64,000 nucleotides of DNA from Nitrospira sp. (GCA_013140455.1 JABFSU010000084.1:2163-66162); one strand, 5' to 3'; shown: positions 8,069 to 18,015, counted from the stretch's first letter. Numbers and translations: made by a program. The notes: generated from the letters alone by a model not told the origin.

Positions 8069-11000
8069 ATGCACCGTCCCCGCCCTTCCTCGCTGACTGA
8101 AACCGCGACGCAATCCAGCGACGACATCACGCCGGAACAGGCCGCGCTGTCGACCTCTTCCCCTGCCCATCGTGCCGTGGAAGCGGCGCAAATCGGCACA
8201 TGGGAATGGCGGCTTGCCACCGGACGGGTCGAGTGGTCCCCGCAGGCCGATGCCATTTTCGGGCTCACACCAGGCGATTTTTCCGGCACATTCGAAGGAT
8301 TCTTGAGCCTCGTGCATCCATCAGATCGCCCACAGTTACAGGCGGCGGTTCAGACCGCGATCGAAACCCATCAGCCCTACCACCTCGACCATCGGATCAT
8401 CACTCCGGACGGAATCATCCGATGGGTCTCCTGTCGAGGCCGCGCGGTGCTGGACTCAGACGGCCACGTTGCAGGCATGGCGGGAACGACCGAAGATATC
8501 ACCCGCCGGAAAGAAACCGAGCTGGCCCTGATTGATCTACAAGAAACCCTGGAACAACGAGTGCGTGAACGTACCGCCGGACTTGAACAAGCCGTGCGGG
8601 ATCTTCAAGAGGAAATCGGGCGGCGACGCCAAACTGAGGCCGCGCTGAAAGCCAGCGAACAACGGTATCACGCCCTCTACGAACAGAACCCCACGATGTA
8701 CTTCACCCTGACGCCTGACGGCACCGTCCTCTCCGTCAACCGATTCGGGGCAGAAGAATTGGGCTATCGCGAGAACGAATTAGTCGGGCAATCGGTGCTC
8801 GCCGTGTTCCAAGCCGCGGATCACCATACCGTCCTGGAACAACTGATCGTCTGCTCACAGAGCCCGGGGCGGACCTTCGACTGGGAAATCCAGAAAGTAC
8901 GGAAGGGCGGACAACGCCTCTGGGTCAAGGAACGGGCGCGGGCCATCACCGGACCGGACGGAAGCCCGATCATTCTCATCGTCTGTGAAGACATCACGGA
9001 ACAACGGCAGACGCAAGAGCTCATCCGGAATCGGGATCAGCAATTACAAGCCACAATGCAGTTCCTCCATACCCTGGTGCAGGAGTCCCCCCTTCCTATT
9101 GTCAGTCTGGATGCCGAGGCACGGGTCACCAGCTGGAACCAGGCCGCCACCAAACTGTTCGGCTGGACGGAAGAGGAGGTCCTGGGCCGGGAACTTCCGT
9201 ATGTCCCTCCCGGACAGGAAACAGAAGCCGATGCCCTCTGGAACCACGGCATGCACCACGAGATCCGTGGCCCGCTTTCGCTCCGCCGGCAGCGGAAAGA
9301 CGGGAAACTCCTGGACCTGTTGCTGTGGCCGGTGTTCGTCGAAGATCCTGCCGGCCAACTGTCGACGGCGGTCGGCCTCTATGTCGATCAGTCGGACCTT
9401 CGTCAGGCGGAAGATGCGCGCCTACACAGTGAAGAACGGCTCCGGTCCTTCTTGAATGCACTTGACGACCTGGCGTTTGAATTCGATAATCAGGGCACCT
9501 ATTTAAATGTGTGGACCAGGAACGAGGATATCCTCCTATTGCCGAAGGAGGAGATCGTCGGGAAAACACTGGCCGACCTACACGGAAAAGAAGCTGGCGA
9601 GCGGTACCGTCACATCCTCACCCGGGTGCTCAATTCAGGACAACCGGAAGCCATCGAGTATTCACTGACGATTCATGGGCAGCTTCGGCACTTCTCCGCA
9701 ATCCTCAGCCGTATTCCGGCGAGTGCCAGCACCCCGTCGACCGTGGCCTGCGTCGTCCGCGACATCACGGAGCAAAAACGCTCGGCGGAAGCGCTGCATC
9801 TGAGCAAGCACCATTTAAAGAGCATCATCGAAACATCGCCGGAATGCGTCAAGCTGGTGGCCGCTGACGGGACACTGCTCCAGATGAACACAGCCGGGCT
9901 GGCCATGATCGAGGCCGACGATATACGAAACGTACTCGGCCAATGTGTCTATCCGATTGTCGCCGAACCTCATCGCGAGGCCTTTCGTGCCATGAATGAA
10001 CGGGTCTGCCGGGGGCAGAAAGAATCTCTGGAATTTGAGGTCGTGGGCTTGCGGGGGACTCGCCGCTGGATGGAGACCCACGCCGTACCGTTACGTAATC
10101 CCGCCGACGGAGCCATGGTTCAGCTGGCCATCACTCGCGACATCACCGACCGCAAACAAGCCGAACTGGCGCTTCGTCTCAGCGAAGAACGCTTCGAAAT
10201 TGCCTTCCGGTCGAGTCCGCATCCCGTCGTGATTACCGAGTTGGCCACGGGACGCTGCATCGAAGTCAACGACACGGCGTTGCAGCTCTTTGGGTTCCAG
10301 CGCCACGAGGCGGTCGGGCACACGACCATCGCCATTGAGCTGTGGCCGAAGCCGGACGATCGGAGACGATTTGTCACGCAACTCCTGGCGAACGGAACTC
10401 TCCGAGGAGTGGAATTCACCTTCCAAACCAAAGACCGTCGCTTGCGGCACTGCCTGGTCTCGAGTGAATTGATCGAACTCAACGGTACGCGATGCATCCT
10501 CACCGTGGGCACGGATGTCACAGAAAAGAAAGAGGCTGAAGCCGCTCTGCGGGAGAGCGAGGAACGCTGGCAACGCTTCGTCGCCGACGCACCGGTTGGG
10601 CTGGTCGTCGTCGATGCCGACAAACACATCCTGAGCGCCAACAACGCCTTTTGCACCCTCACGGGCTATTCCGAGCAGGAAGTGATCAATAGCACCTACG
10701 CGCTCTACACCCATCCCGATGACCTGCCCAAGAATCTGCAGTTGACCGAGGAGTTTTTCTCAGGGCAGCGGGACGGGTATACCTACGAGAAACGGTATGT
10801 CCGAAAAAGCGGCGATATCATCTGGGTATCCATACGTGCGAGCCGTCTTACTGTCCACGGATATGGTGCACCGCTGTTGCTCGCAGTCGTGGAGGATATT
10901 ACCGACCGCAAACAGGCCCTCGCGGATCGGGAACGGATCAGCCAAGACCTGCACGACAACATTCTCCAGTCTCTCTACGCCGTCGGCATGCAGCTCGAAG

Positions 11001-11539
11001 CGGGAAAATTGTTGGTGGGGAAAGCCCCTCGCAAATCCAAGCAGCACGTCACCCAAGCCATCCGGCAGTTGAACCATCTCGTCTTGGAAGTCCGGCAGTT
11101 CATCACCGACCTCACCCACCGCACAGCGCCGACGCTGGATTTCTGTGTGGCCCTGAATCAACTCGTCGCCTCCTGCTCATCGGAAACTCGTACCACGCCC
11201 GCGCTGGACCTCGATCCGACCGCACTCACCGCCGTCACCCCGGCGATCGGCGAGCAGTTGCTGAACATTGCGCGGGAAGCCTTGAGCAACAGTGTCCGTC
11301 ATGCCGGCGCGACACACCGTTCTGTCAGCCTCACAAAAGCCGACCGTGCCATCCGGTTGTGCGTGGCCGATGACGGCAGAGGCTTTGACCCCGGCCGCAC
11401 ACGCCGCCGCGGAAACGGACTGGCCAATATGGCCGCACGGGCCAGAACCATCGGCGGGCAGTTCACCCTCGACAGTGCGCCGGACCGCGGCACCTCGATC
11501 ACGATCGACGTCCCCACAGGAGATCCGCATGCCTGCTAA
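8069..11539 (+). CDS. Multi-PAS sensor histidine kinase, HisKA_3 class
   Basis: There are at least six PAS/PAC-like modules, each ended by a DIT(E/D)xK boundary. The H-box is ISQDLHDNILQSLYAVGMQLE. The ATPase motifs are LLNIAREALSNSVRHA, DDGRGF and GNGLANMAARARTIGG. The start is uncertain: ATG 8069, or TTG 8003 as in the ORF track. Confidence 0.85.
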   Translation: MHRPRPSSLTETATQSSDDITPEQAALSTSSPAHRAVEAAQIGTWEWRLATGRVEWSPQADAIFGLTPGDFSGTFEGFLSLVHPSDRPQLQAAVQTAIETHQPYHLDHRIITPDGIIRWVSCRGRAVLDSDGHVAGMAGTTEDITRRKETELALIDLQETLEQRVRERTAGLEQAVRDLQEEIGRRRQTEAALKASEQRYHALYEQNPTMYFTLTPDGTVLSVNRFGAEELGYRENELVGQSVLAVFQAADHHTVLEQLIVCSQSPGRTFDWEIQKVRKGGQRLWVKERARAITGPDGSPIILIVCEDITEQRQTQELIRNRDQQLQATMQFLHTLVQESPLPIVSLDAEARVTSWNQAATKLFGWTEEEVLGRELPYVPPGQETEADALWNHGMHHEIRGPLSLRRQRKDGKLLDLLLWPVFVEDPAGQLSTAVGLYVDQSDLRQAEDARLHSEERLRSFLNALDDLAFEFDNQGTYLNVWTRNEDILLLPKEEIVGKTLADLHGKEAGERYRHILTRVLNSGQPEAIEYSLTIHGQLRHFSAILSRIPASASTPSTVACVVRDITEQKRSAEALHLSKHHLKSIIETSPECVKLVAADGTLLQMNTAGLAMIEADDIRNVLGQCVYPIVAEPHREAFRAMNERVCRGQKESLEFEVVGLRGTRRWMETHAVPLRNPADGAMVQLAITRDITDRKQAELALRLSEERFEIAFRSSPHPVVITELATGRCIEVNDTALQLFGFQRHEAVGHTTIAIELWPKPDDRRRFVTQLLANGTLRGVEFTFQTKDRRLRHCLVSSELIELNGTRCILTVGTDVTEKKEAEAALRESEERWQRFVADAPVGLVVVDADKHILSANNAFCTLTGYSEQEVINSTYALYTHPDDLPKNLQLTEEFFSGQRDGYTYEKRYVRKSGDIIWVSIRASRLTVHGYGAPLLLAVVEDITDRKQALADRERISQDLHDNILQSLYAVGMQLEAGKLLVGKAPRKSKQHVTQAIRQLNHLVLEVRQFITDLTHRTAPTLDFCVALNQLVASCSSETRTTPALDLDPTALTAVTPAIGEQLLNIAREALSNSVRHAGATHRSVSLTKADRAIRLCVADDGRGFDPGRTRRRGNGLANMAARARTIGGQFTLDSAPDRGTSITIDVPTGDPHAC

Positions 11540-12221
11540 GACAAAATCCTCACCCATTCGTTTACTGATCGTCGACGACCATGAGGTGGTTCGGATCGGG
11601 CTCGGCGCCGTACTCGATCTGACGCCGGGCATGAAAGTCGTCGGCCAAGCCCGGAGTAAGGCCGATGCCATCACGCAATGCCGTCGCACAAAGGCGGACG
11701 TCGTGCTGCTCGACATCCGCCTGCCGGACGGCAGCGGGATCGATGCCGCCCGCGAAATTCTATCGGCACACCCCAACATCCGCATCCTGTTCCTGACCAG
11801 CTTCGCCGACGAACACACCGTCCTTGAAGCGATCCTGTCCGGCGCCCAGGGCTATGTGCTGAAGGACATCGCCGCCGCCGCGCTGATCCGCGCCATCAAG
11901 ACTGTCGCTGCCGGACAACCCTTGATCGACCCGCGCCTGGCCCCCCATACGCTCTCGTGGATGAAGCACCTGTCGGCCGGCCAGACTCCTGCCAAGCGAT
12001 CACTCCTCTCCCCCCAAGAGCAACGCATCCTGCCGCATGTCGCCGGAGGCCTCACCAACAAAGAGATCGCGCAGCGCCTGGATCTGAGTGAGAAGACCGT
12101 GAAAAATTATCTGGCGAACATCTACTCCAAGCTCCAGATCGGACGGCGGTCTCAGGTCGCCGCCATGTACGCCGGGAGTTTCAAGGGCTCCCTCCCTCCG
12201 CTGGCCTCCAAATCCTCGTAA
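11529..12221 (+). CDS. NarL/FixJ-family response regulator, paralog of the gene at 7221-7901
   Basis: ATG 11529 gives MPAKTKSSPIRLLIVDDHEVV and overlaps the kinase 3' end by 11 nt. It carries VVLLDIRLPDGSG and the HTH LSPQEQRILPHVAGGLTNKEIAQRLDLSEKTVKNYLANIYSKL. The ORF-track start at 11292 is an in-frame extension inside the kinase gene. Confidence 0.9.
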   Translation: MPAKTKSSPIRLLIVDDHEVVRIGLGAVLDLTPGMKVVGQARSKADAITQCRRTKADVVLLDIRLPDGSGIDAAREILSAHPNIRILFLTSFADEHTVLEAILSGAQGYVLKDIAAAALIRAIKTVAAGQPLIDPRLAPHTLSWMKHLSAGQTPAKRSLLSPQEQRILPHVAGGLTNKEIAQRLDLSEKTVKNYLANIYSKLQIGRRSQVAAMYAGSFKGSLPPLASKSS

Positions 12222-12428
12222 GACCGGGCCTACCGGCACGCGCCCGCCTTAAGATTCTTCGGGAAACACCGATACAGAGCGGTCACAATCTGACAAGACA
12301 TCCGGCCCTCTCTTCCCTGCGATCCTCACTAGCCCGCGCGGTGGTTACCGCATCAAGTTTGTCCTGCTTCGATCCGAAAAAGATGTGGGTCTCCGCAGCA
12401 ATACGTCGGTCTCGGCCCCGAGGACGCC

Positions 12429-15400
12429 ATGTTCGATGTCTCCAAATTTCGGCTCCAGGACATGACCGCCTGCAGTGCGGCCTTGCGACAACTCGGCGCC
12501 GGAGCCTCATCCATCGACATGGCGGCAGACCGCATTACGCGATACCTCTATACCACCCTGACGACCGGCCCGGATGAAGATCCGGCCTGCGTCCTCGTGC
12601 GGTTGTTCAAAACTCACCCGTACGGCCGGCTCAGCCCCGAACTGCAAGCGCTGGTCGATGCCCGCCTTGGACATACGCCTGCCGATCCCGACATGAAGTG
12701 CTTGACCCTCCTTGCCAGCACGGGGGCCGTCGAAGGCTGGAACAACCCCGCTCAATCCAGCCGCTTCCGCGCGATCCCCCTGAGCGGGCCGGACGCCCTG
12801 GCCGAACTGCCGATGTTTTCGCAGCTCTTCGCCCAGTTTCACATTGATCTGCCGTTTCTCGAACAGGCCGGATCTTCCCTCTTGATGGATCAATACGCCA
12901 CCACCTTCAATACCTTCTACGTCCCGCAGGCGCTCGACAGCCCCTACGTTCCGGGCCAGACCGAATTCGTCGTGCCGTTCGGCGTGCAATCCGTGGTCGG
13001 CTATGGAGGCCTGTTGCCGACCGGAGACATGTTTGCGGTGATCCTCTTTACGAACGTGCCGATCTCCAGGGACACCGCCGACCTCTTTAAGACATTCGCC
13101 CTCTCGACCAAACTGACGCTCGCGCCGTTCGACCATGCACAACTGATCGCGCCGGCGCCGCCACAGCCCCAGCAACCCGGCCCGACCGAGCCTGACGACA
13201 CACTTGCCTTTCTGAAGCACCGGGTCGCAACGCTCGAATCCATTTTGGCCGTCCAAGAGCAGGCCGTCCAGCAGCAGTCGAGCCGCCTGGAAGCCAGTCT
13301 CGCGGATTCTCTCCGGCATGCCGAAAACCTACAGGCGCAAAGCCTGCGTTTTGAAACGCTCTCAGCGACCTCGCCCGTCGGAATTTTTCAAACCGACGCT
13401 GACGGTCAATGTCTCTATACCAATAGCGCCTGGCAGGAAATCGCCGGACGTTCCCTGACAGACTGCCTCGGAAACGGCTGGCGCCAGGCCGTCGCTGAAG
13501 AGGACCGCGCGGAAGTACTCTGCCAGTGGCAGGAAACGGTCCGACAGGGCAGGGATTGCGACGTAGAGTTCCGCATGCGGCGGCCTGACGGGACGATCCG
13601 GTGGGTCCACAGCCGGGCGCATCCGTTGCGGAACGACAGGGGAGAGACCGTCGGCCACGTCGGCACCACGGAAGACATCACCGAACGCAAGCGGGCGGAA
13701 GATGCGGTGACTCGGAGCCGCGACATGCTGAAGTTATTTGTCGAACACACACCAGCCGCGGTCGCGATGCTGGACAGAGATCTCCGCTACGTGGCGGTCA
13801 GCACACGCTGGCTACGGGATTACCGCCTTGGCGACCAGGACATCATCGGGAAACGTCACTACGACCTCTTCCCCGAAATCAACGCCATGCAGGAGTGGCA
13901 AGCCATTCATCAACGCTGTTTGGCCGGAGCGGTGGAGCAGAGTGAAGAAGATCATTTCGTCCGTGCCGACAAATCCGACGACTGGCTTCGATGGGAAGTG
14001 CGCCCCTGGCAGGACGGCACGGGAGCGATCGGCGGCATCATCATGTTTACGGAGGTCATTACCGAGCGCAAGCGGGCGGAAGAGGCGCTCCGTGAGAGCG
14101 AAACCCGGCTGCGGGAAGCCCAGGCTATGGTGCACCTCGGCAATTGGGAACTGGATCTGGCGAACGACCGGCTGCTGTGGTCGGACGAAATCTTTCGGAT
14201 CTTCGAGATCGACCAGGCGCAGTTCAGCGCCTCCTATGAAGCATTTCTCAACGCCGTCCATCCCGACGACCGGGCCCCTGTGAATGAGGCCTACAGGCGG
14301 TCGGTGCAAAACCGCACCCCCTATGCGATCGTCCATCGGCTGCTGATGCCGGATGGACGAATCAAGTATGTGCAGGAACGCGGTGAAACGTCCTACGATG
14401 GCAAGGGGCGCCCACTACGCTCTGTGGGGACGGTTCAGGACATCACGGAACGACGGGAAGATCAGCTGCAGCTGCAACACTCCCAGGCATTGCTGAACGC
14501 AGTGTTCGACCACCTCCCCAATATGGTGTTTGTGAAGGATGCCAAGACTCTGCGCTTCGTGGAATTCAATAAAGCGGGCGAGCGCCTTACCGGCTTTTCG
14601 CGTGAGGAATTGCTGGGGAAATCGGATTATGATTTCTTTCCCCAAGAAGAGGCCGATTTCTTTACCGGCAAAGACCGCGCCGTCCTGGCCAGTGGCTCCA
14701 TGCTGGACATTCCCGAGGAAGAGATCAAGACAAAGCACCGGGGCATCCGCATCCTCCAGACCAAGAAACTCCCGCTGTACGATGCCTACGGCACGCCGCA
14801 GTACCTCTTGGGCATTTCCGAAGACATCACCGATCGGAAAGCCGCCGAAGTACAATTCAAACAGGTATTCGAGTCGAGTTACGTCGGAATGATGATGGTG
14901 GCGGACGACGGACGGATCACTCTGGCGAACCCCCGGATCGAACAGACATTCGGCTATCGCCGCGACGAACTGATCGGACAACCGGTGGAGATCCTTCTTC
15001 CGGAGCGCTTCCGAACGACCCATCATAGTCAACGGATCTCGTTCATGGCCTCAGGTGCGTCCCGACCGATGGCCGAGGGCCGAGAACTCCACGGATGCCG
15101 CAAGGATGGAGGGGAGTTTCCCGTTGAGATCGGGCTGACTCCCGTCAATACTCCGCAAGGACGCCAGGTCCTCGCCTCGATCACCGATATCACGGAACGT
15201 AAGCAGAACGACGCCGCTCGCTTCAGGCTGCAGCAGGCCATCGAATATGCCCAAGACGGCATGGCCCTGCTCGACGACACCGGCCAATACATCTATATGA
15301 ACCGGGCCCACGCCTCAATATTCGGCTACACCGTTGACGACCTGCTCGGCAAGAGCTGGACATCGCTATACCCCGCTGAATGGGCTGCGATGATCGAGCA

Positions 15401-17216
15401 GATGTACCTCCCAATCCTACATTCGGCAGGACAATGGCAAGGCGAGGTGGTCGGGAAACAGAAATCGGGAAATGCTTTCCACATTGATCTCTCGCTGACC
15501 CTCTTGGAAGATCCGGGCACCGGCCGCCGGACCATCCTCTGTACCTGCCGCGATATCACCCACCGTAAACAGATGGAACGGGATCTGATCGATGCCAAGG
15601 ATGCCGCCGAAGCCGGCATTCTGGCGAAATCCGAGTTCCTCGCGACCATGAGCCACGAAATCCGCACGCCGATGAACGGCGTGCTCGGCATGACCGACCT
15701 CTTGATCGACACCACCCTCGCGCCGGAACAACGGGAGCTTGTCCATACGCTCAAGCATTCCGGCGAATCGCTCATGCGAATCATCAATGACATTCTGGAG
15801 TTTTCAAAAATCGAAGCCGGAAAGCTCACCATCGAATCCATCCCCTTCGACCTGCGCATGACCATTGAGGACATCCTGGATCTGCTCGCGCCCACAGCAC
15901 AGGGCAAACATCTTGAACTGGTGGGATTGATCGATGCGCAAGCCCCCAATGCCATGGTCGGAGACCCGGGACGCATCCGCCAGATCCTGACGAACCTGAT
16001 CGGCAACGCCATTAAGTTCACAGAGAGCGGGGAGGTCTTGGTGCAGGTGACGAAGACAGAGGAGGACGGCGCATCCGTCCTCCTGCGTTTTGAAATCGTC
16101 GACACCGGCATCGGCCTGACCGAAGAGACCAAGGCGAAACTCTTTCAATCCTTCACGCAGGCCGATAGCTCGACCGCTCGCAAGTATGGCGGAACCGGCC
16201 TCGGCCTCGCCATCTGCAAACGTCTGACGGAACTCATGGGGGGGCAGATCGGCCTGCAGTCCTCTCCTGGAACCGGCACCTGTGTCTGGTTCACCCTCCG
16301 ACTGTGCAAGCAGACTCCCGCCGCCACATCAGGCTCGCCCCCCACGCCCATCGACAGTCTGAGCGGCCTGCGTATTTGTCTCGTAGACGACAACGCCACC
16401 AATCGCAGCCTGCTTCAGTACCATACCTGCGACTGGAAGATGCACTACGAGAGCGCTGAGGATGGCCCTTCGGCCTTGGACCTCATCCGCCGTGCCGCGG
16501 CCGGGGGGAAGCCTTTCGACCTCGCCATTCTCGACATGCACATGCCAGGCATGAACGGGCTTCAGCTCGGCCAGGCGATCAGAGCAGATAGCCGCCTTGA
16601 CCATACGCGACTCGTCCTCCTGACTTCGCTGGGTCGGCGAGGCGATGCCAAGGTTGCTCATTCAACAGGATTTTCAGGCTACCTCACGAAACCCGTGCGC
16701 AAAACGCACCTCTATGATTGCTTACGTCTGGTCATGGGACAGTCGCCCGTTCCTCAGGCCGGCGAGCAGACCACCTTGGCCACTCCGGCACTCATCACTC
16801 GTCACCAGGTGGCGGAAATTCACGCCCAGAGACGACTCCTCGTGGTCGACGATAATCCTGTGAATCAAAAGGTGGCGGTGAAAATGCTGGAGAAGCTGGG
16901 CCTTCGCGTCGATGTCGCGGGCAACGGGAAAGAAGCGCTGCTGGCCCTGACCCGGCATCCCTACCACCTGGTCTTTATGGATTGTCAAATGCCGGAGATG
17001 GATGGATTTGAAACGACCAGATACATTCGTTCCCATGAGCGACCAGGCTGCCATCTTTCCATCATCGCCATGACCGCCAATGCAACGGCCGACGACCGCG
17101 AACACTGCCTGGCCTCAGGTATGGATGATTTTGTGAGTAAACCGGTCAAGAGTCAGGATCTCCACCGAGTGCTGACGCAGTGGCTGAACCCATCCGACAA
17201 CCGAGCGGCGGCGTAG
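12429..17216 (+). CDS. Hybrid sensor histidine kinase: unknown N-terminal domain, coiled coil, about six PAS modules, HisKA, HATPase and two receiver domains
   Basis: The H-box is LATMSHEIRTPMNGVLG. The ATPase motifs are LTNLIGNAIKFT, DTGIGL and GGTGLGLAI. REC1 reads ICLVDDNATN...LAILDMHMPGMNG and REC2 reads LLVVDDNPVN...LVFMDCQMPEMDG. I see no HPt segment. Confidence 0.9.
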   Translation: MFDVSKFRLQDMTACSAALRQLGAGASSIDMAADRITRYLYTTLTTGPDEDPACVLVRLFKTHPYGRLSPELQALVDARLGHTPADPDMKCLTLLASTGAVEGWNNPAQSSRFRAIPLSGPDALAELPMFSQLFAQFHIDLPFLEQAGSSLLMDQYATTFNTFYVPQALDSPYVPGQTEFVVPFGVQSVVGYGGLLPTGDMFAVILFTNVPISRDTADLFKTFALSTKLTLAPFDHAQLIAPAPPQPQQPGPTEPDDTLAFLKHRVATLESILAVQEQAVQQQSSRLEASLADSLRHAENLQAQSLRFETLSATSPVGIFQTDADGQCLYTNSAWQEIAGRSLTDCLGNGWRQAVAEEDRAEVLCQWQETVRQGRDCDVEFRMRRPDGTIRWVHSRAHPLRNDRGETVGHVGTTEDITERKRAEDAVTRSRDMLKLFVEHTPAAVAMLDRDLRYVAVSTRWLRDYRLGDQDIIGKRHYDLFPEINAMQEWQAIHQRCLAGAVEQSEEDHFVRADKSDDWLRWEVRPWQDGTGAIGGIIMFTEVITERKRAEEALRESETRLREAQAMVHLGNWELDLANDRLLWSDEIFRIFEIDQAQFSASYEAFLNAVHPDDRAPVNEAYRRSVQNRTPYAIVHRLLMPDGRIKYVQERGETSYDGKGRPLRSVGTVQDITERREDQLQLQHSQALLNAVFDHLPNMVFVKDAKTLRFVEFNKAGERLTGFSREELLGKSDYDFFPQEEADFFTGKDRAVLASGSMLDIPEEEIKTKHRGIRILQTKKLPLYDAYGTPQYLLGISEDITDRKAAEVQFKQVFESSYVGMMMVADDGRITLANPRIEQTFGYRRDELIGQPVEILLPERFRTTHHSQRISFMASGASRPMAEGRELHGCRKDGGEFPVEIGLTPVNTPQGRQVLASITDITERKQNDAARFRLQQAIEYAQDGMALLDDTGQYIYMNRAHASIFGYTVDDLLGKSWTSLYPAEWAAMIEQMYLPILHSAGQWQGEVVGKQKSGNAFHIDLSLTLLEDPGTGRRTILCTCRDITHRKQMERDLIDAKDAAEAGILAKSEFLATMSHEIRTPMNGVLGMTDLLIDTTLAPEQRELVHTLKHSGESLMRIINDILEFSKIEAGKLTIESIPFDLRMTIEDILDLLAPTAQGKHLELVGLIDAQAPNAMVGDPGRIRQILTNLIGNAIKFTESGEVLVQVTKTEEDGASVLLRFEIVDTGIGLTEETKAKLFQSFTQADSSTARKYGGTGLGLAICKRLTELMGGQIGLQSSPGTGTCVWFTLRLCKQTPAATSGSPPTPIDSLSGLRICLVDDNATNRSLLQYHTCDWKMHYESAEDGPSALDLIRRAAAGGKPFDLAILDMHMPGMNGLQLGQAIRADSRLDHTRLVLLTSLGRRGDAKVAHSTGFSGYLTKPVRKTHLYDCLRLVMGQSPVPQAGEQTTLATPALITRHQVAEIHAQRRLLVVDDNPVNQKVAVKMLEKLGLRVDVAGNGKEALLALTRHPYHLVFMDCQMPEMDGFETTRYIRSHERPGCHLSIIAMTANATADDREHCLASGMDDFVSKPVKSQDLHRVLTQWLNPSDNRAAA

Positions 17217-17222
17217 GCGGTC

Positions 17223-17894
17223 ATGAGAAACCACGAGCCCCCCTCTATAGTACTTCTTGGATCGGCAGTCTCCTCCACCGGAGCCGTCGACACCTGGCTG
17301 CGCGCCCACTTTGCCGAACCGCCGACGGTCGCAGCCGTGCACACGATCCCTGAGACGCTGGTCTATCTCCGGGCGCACCGAGTCGATCTGATCCTTGTCG
17401 ACGAAGTAACGGCACAGACCGAACTGCGTACGATCCACACCGCTTCACCCACCACTGCGATCATCGGATTGATCATGAAGATGGACGAATCGGTTCAGCT
17501 TCTCATGCTTCGGCAAGGTGTTCACGAGGTTCTTTGCCTGCTCCCGTCAACCGACACCAATCACGCTCACACTGTTAAACGAGCCCTGGCCCGTGTGAAT
17601 GGACGTGCCGGGCTGCTCAAATCGGATGACCCGCGCCCCGACATCGTGGCGGCTCCGCCCCGGTTGATCCACGATCTGAACAATCTCCTGACATCGATCA
17701 ACGGATTCGCTGATCTCCTCCTCGCTCAGCTCCCAGCCGATAACCCGGCGCGCATGGGAGTCGAGCAAATTCGTCTGGCCGGGAAACGTGCCACGACATT
17801 GCTGAAAGCGAACACGCCAACATCAGCAGGACCATCAGCCCCCTCGCCATCCGCGCCCCCTTCAGCACCGTCGATCATCGCGCGGGCCGCCTGA
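17223..17894 (+). CDS. Receiver-like domain fused to a DHp (HisKA) phosphoacceptor helix, without an ATPase domain
   Basis: The gene starts 7 nt after the hybrid kinase stop. The N-terminal half has a receiver-like layout (DLILVDE, IIGLIM) but lacks the N-terminal acidic pair. It is followed by the H-box-like LIHDLNNLLTSINGFADLLL and a low-complexity tail (PSAPSPSAPPSAPS). No N/G1/G2 ATP-binding boxes are present. Confidence 0.55.
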   Translation: MRNHEPPSIVLLGSAVSSTGAVDTWLRAHFAEPPTVAAVHTIPETLVYLRAHRVDLILVDEVTAQTELRTIHTASPTTAIIGLIMKMDESVQLLMLRQGVHEVLCLLPSTDTNHAHTVKRALARVNGRAGLLKSDDPRPDIVAAPPRLIHDLNNLLTSINGFADLLLAQLPADNPARMGVEQIRLAGKRATTLLKANTPTSAGPSAPSPSAPPSAPSIIARAA

Positions 17895-17935
17895 TCCGTC
17901 GGTCCCGGCAGCATTGCGCAACAATCCTCCTCTGA

Positions 17936-17964
17936 ATTGACAGGTCGTACGACGCACTTTAGGA
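17936..17964 (+). promoter_or_regulatory. Candidate sigma70-type promoter for the YqhA-like gene
   Basis: TTGACA (17936-17941), an exact 17-nt spacer, then TAGGAT (17959-17964). This lies about 50 nt upstream of ATG 18016, which has a GAGGAGG Shine-Dalgarno sequence. Confidence 0.35.
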
Positions 17965-18015
17965 TACGCGGCACACCGTGCCCTACGCGGGCATATGACT
18001 GGTTGAGGAGGCCTG

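Noticed and set aside
10091-10714. Long antisense ORFs opposite confirmed genes: this one plus 12507-13319, 15326-16132, 27803-28672, 29465-30169, 30385-31140, 35276-36361, 38798-39712, 40406-41140, 43044-44006, 51901-52596, 58362-59309, 59591-60223 and 60966-61751
   Set aside because: Each overlaps a gene with strong family motifs on the other strand. Their translations are low-complexity and Arg/Gly/Asp-rich, as expected from stop-codon depletion in GC-rich antisense frames.
11292-11528. The upstream extension of the second response-regulator ORF
   Set aside because: It lies inside the 3' end of the kinase gene in another frame. The receiver domain begins right after ATG 11529.
8500-16000. 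The periodic DIT(E/D)RK...AE motifs recurring every 120-130 codons, considered as a nucleotide-level repeat or CRISPR-like array
   Set aside because: These are protein-level PAS/PAC domain boundaries inside two kinase genes. The DNA between them is not repeated and there are no spacer/repeat units. I found no CRISPR array in the window.
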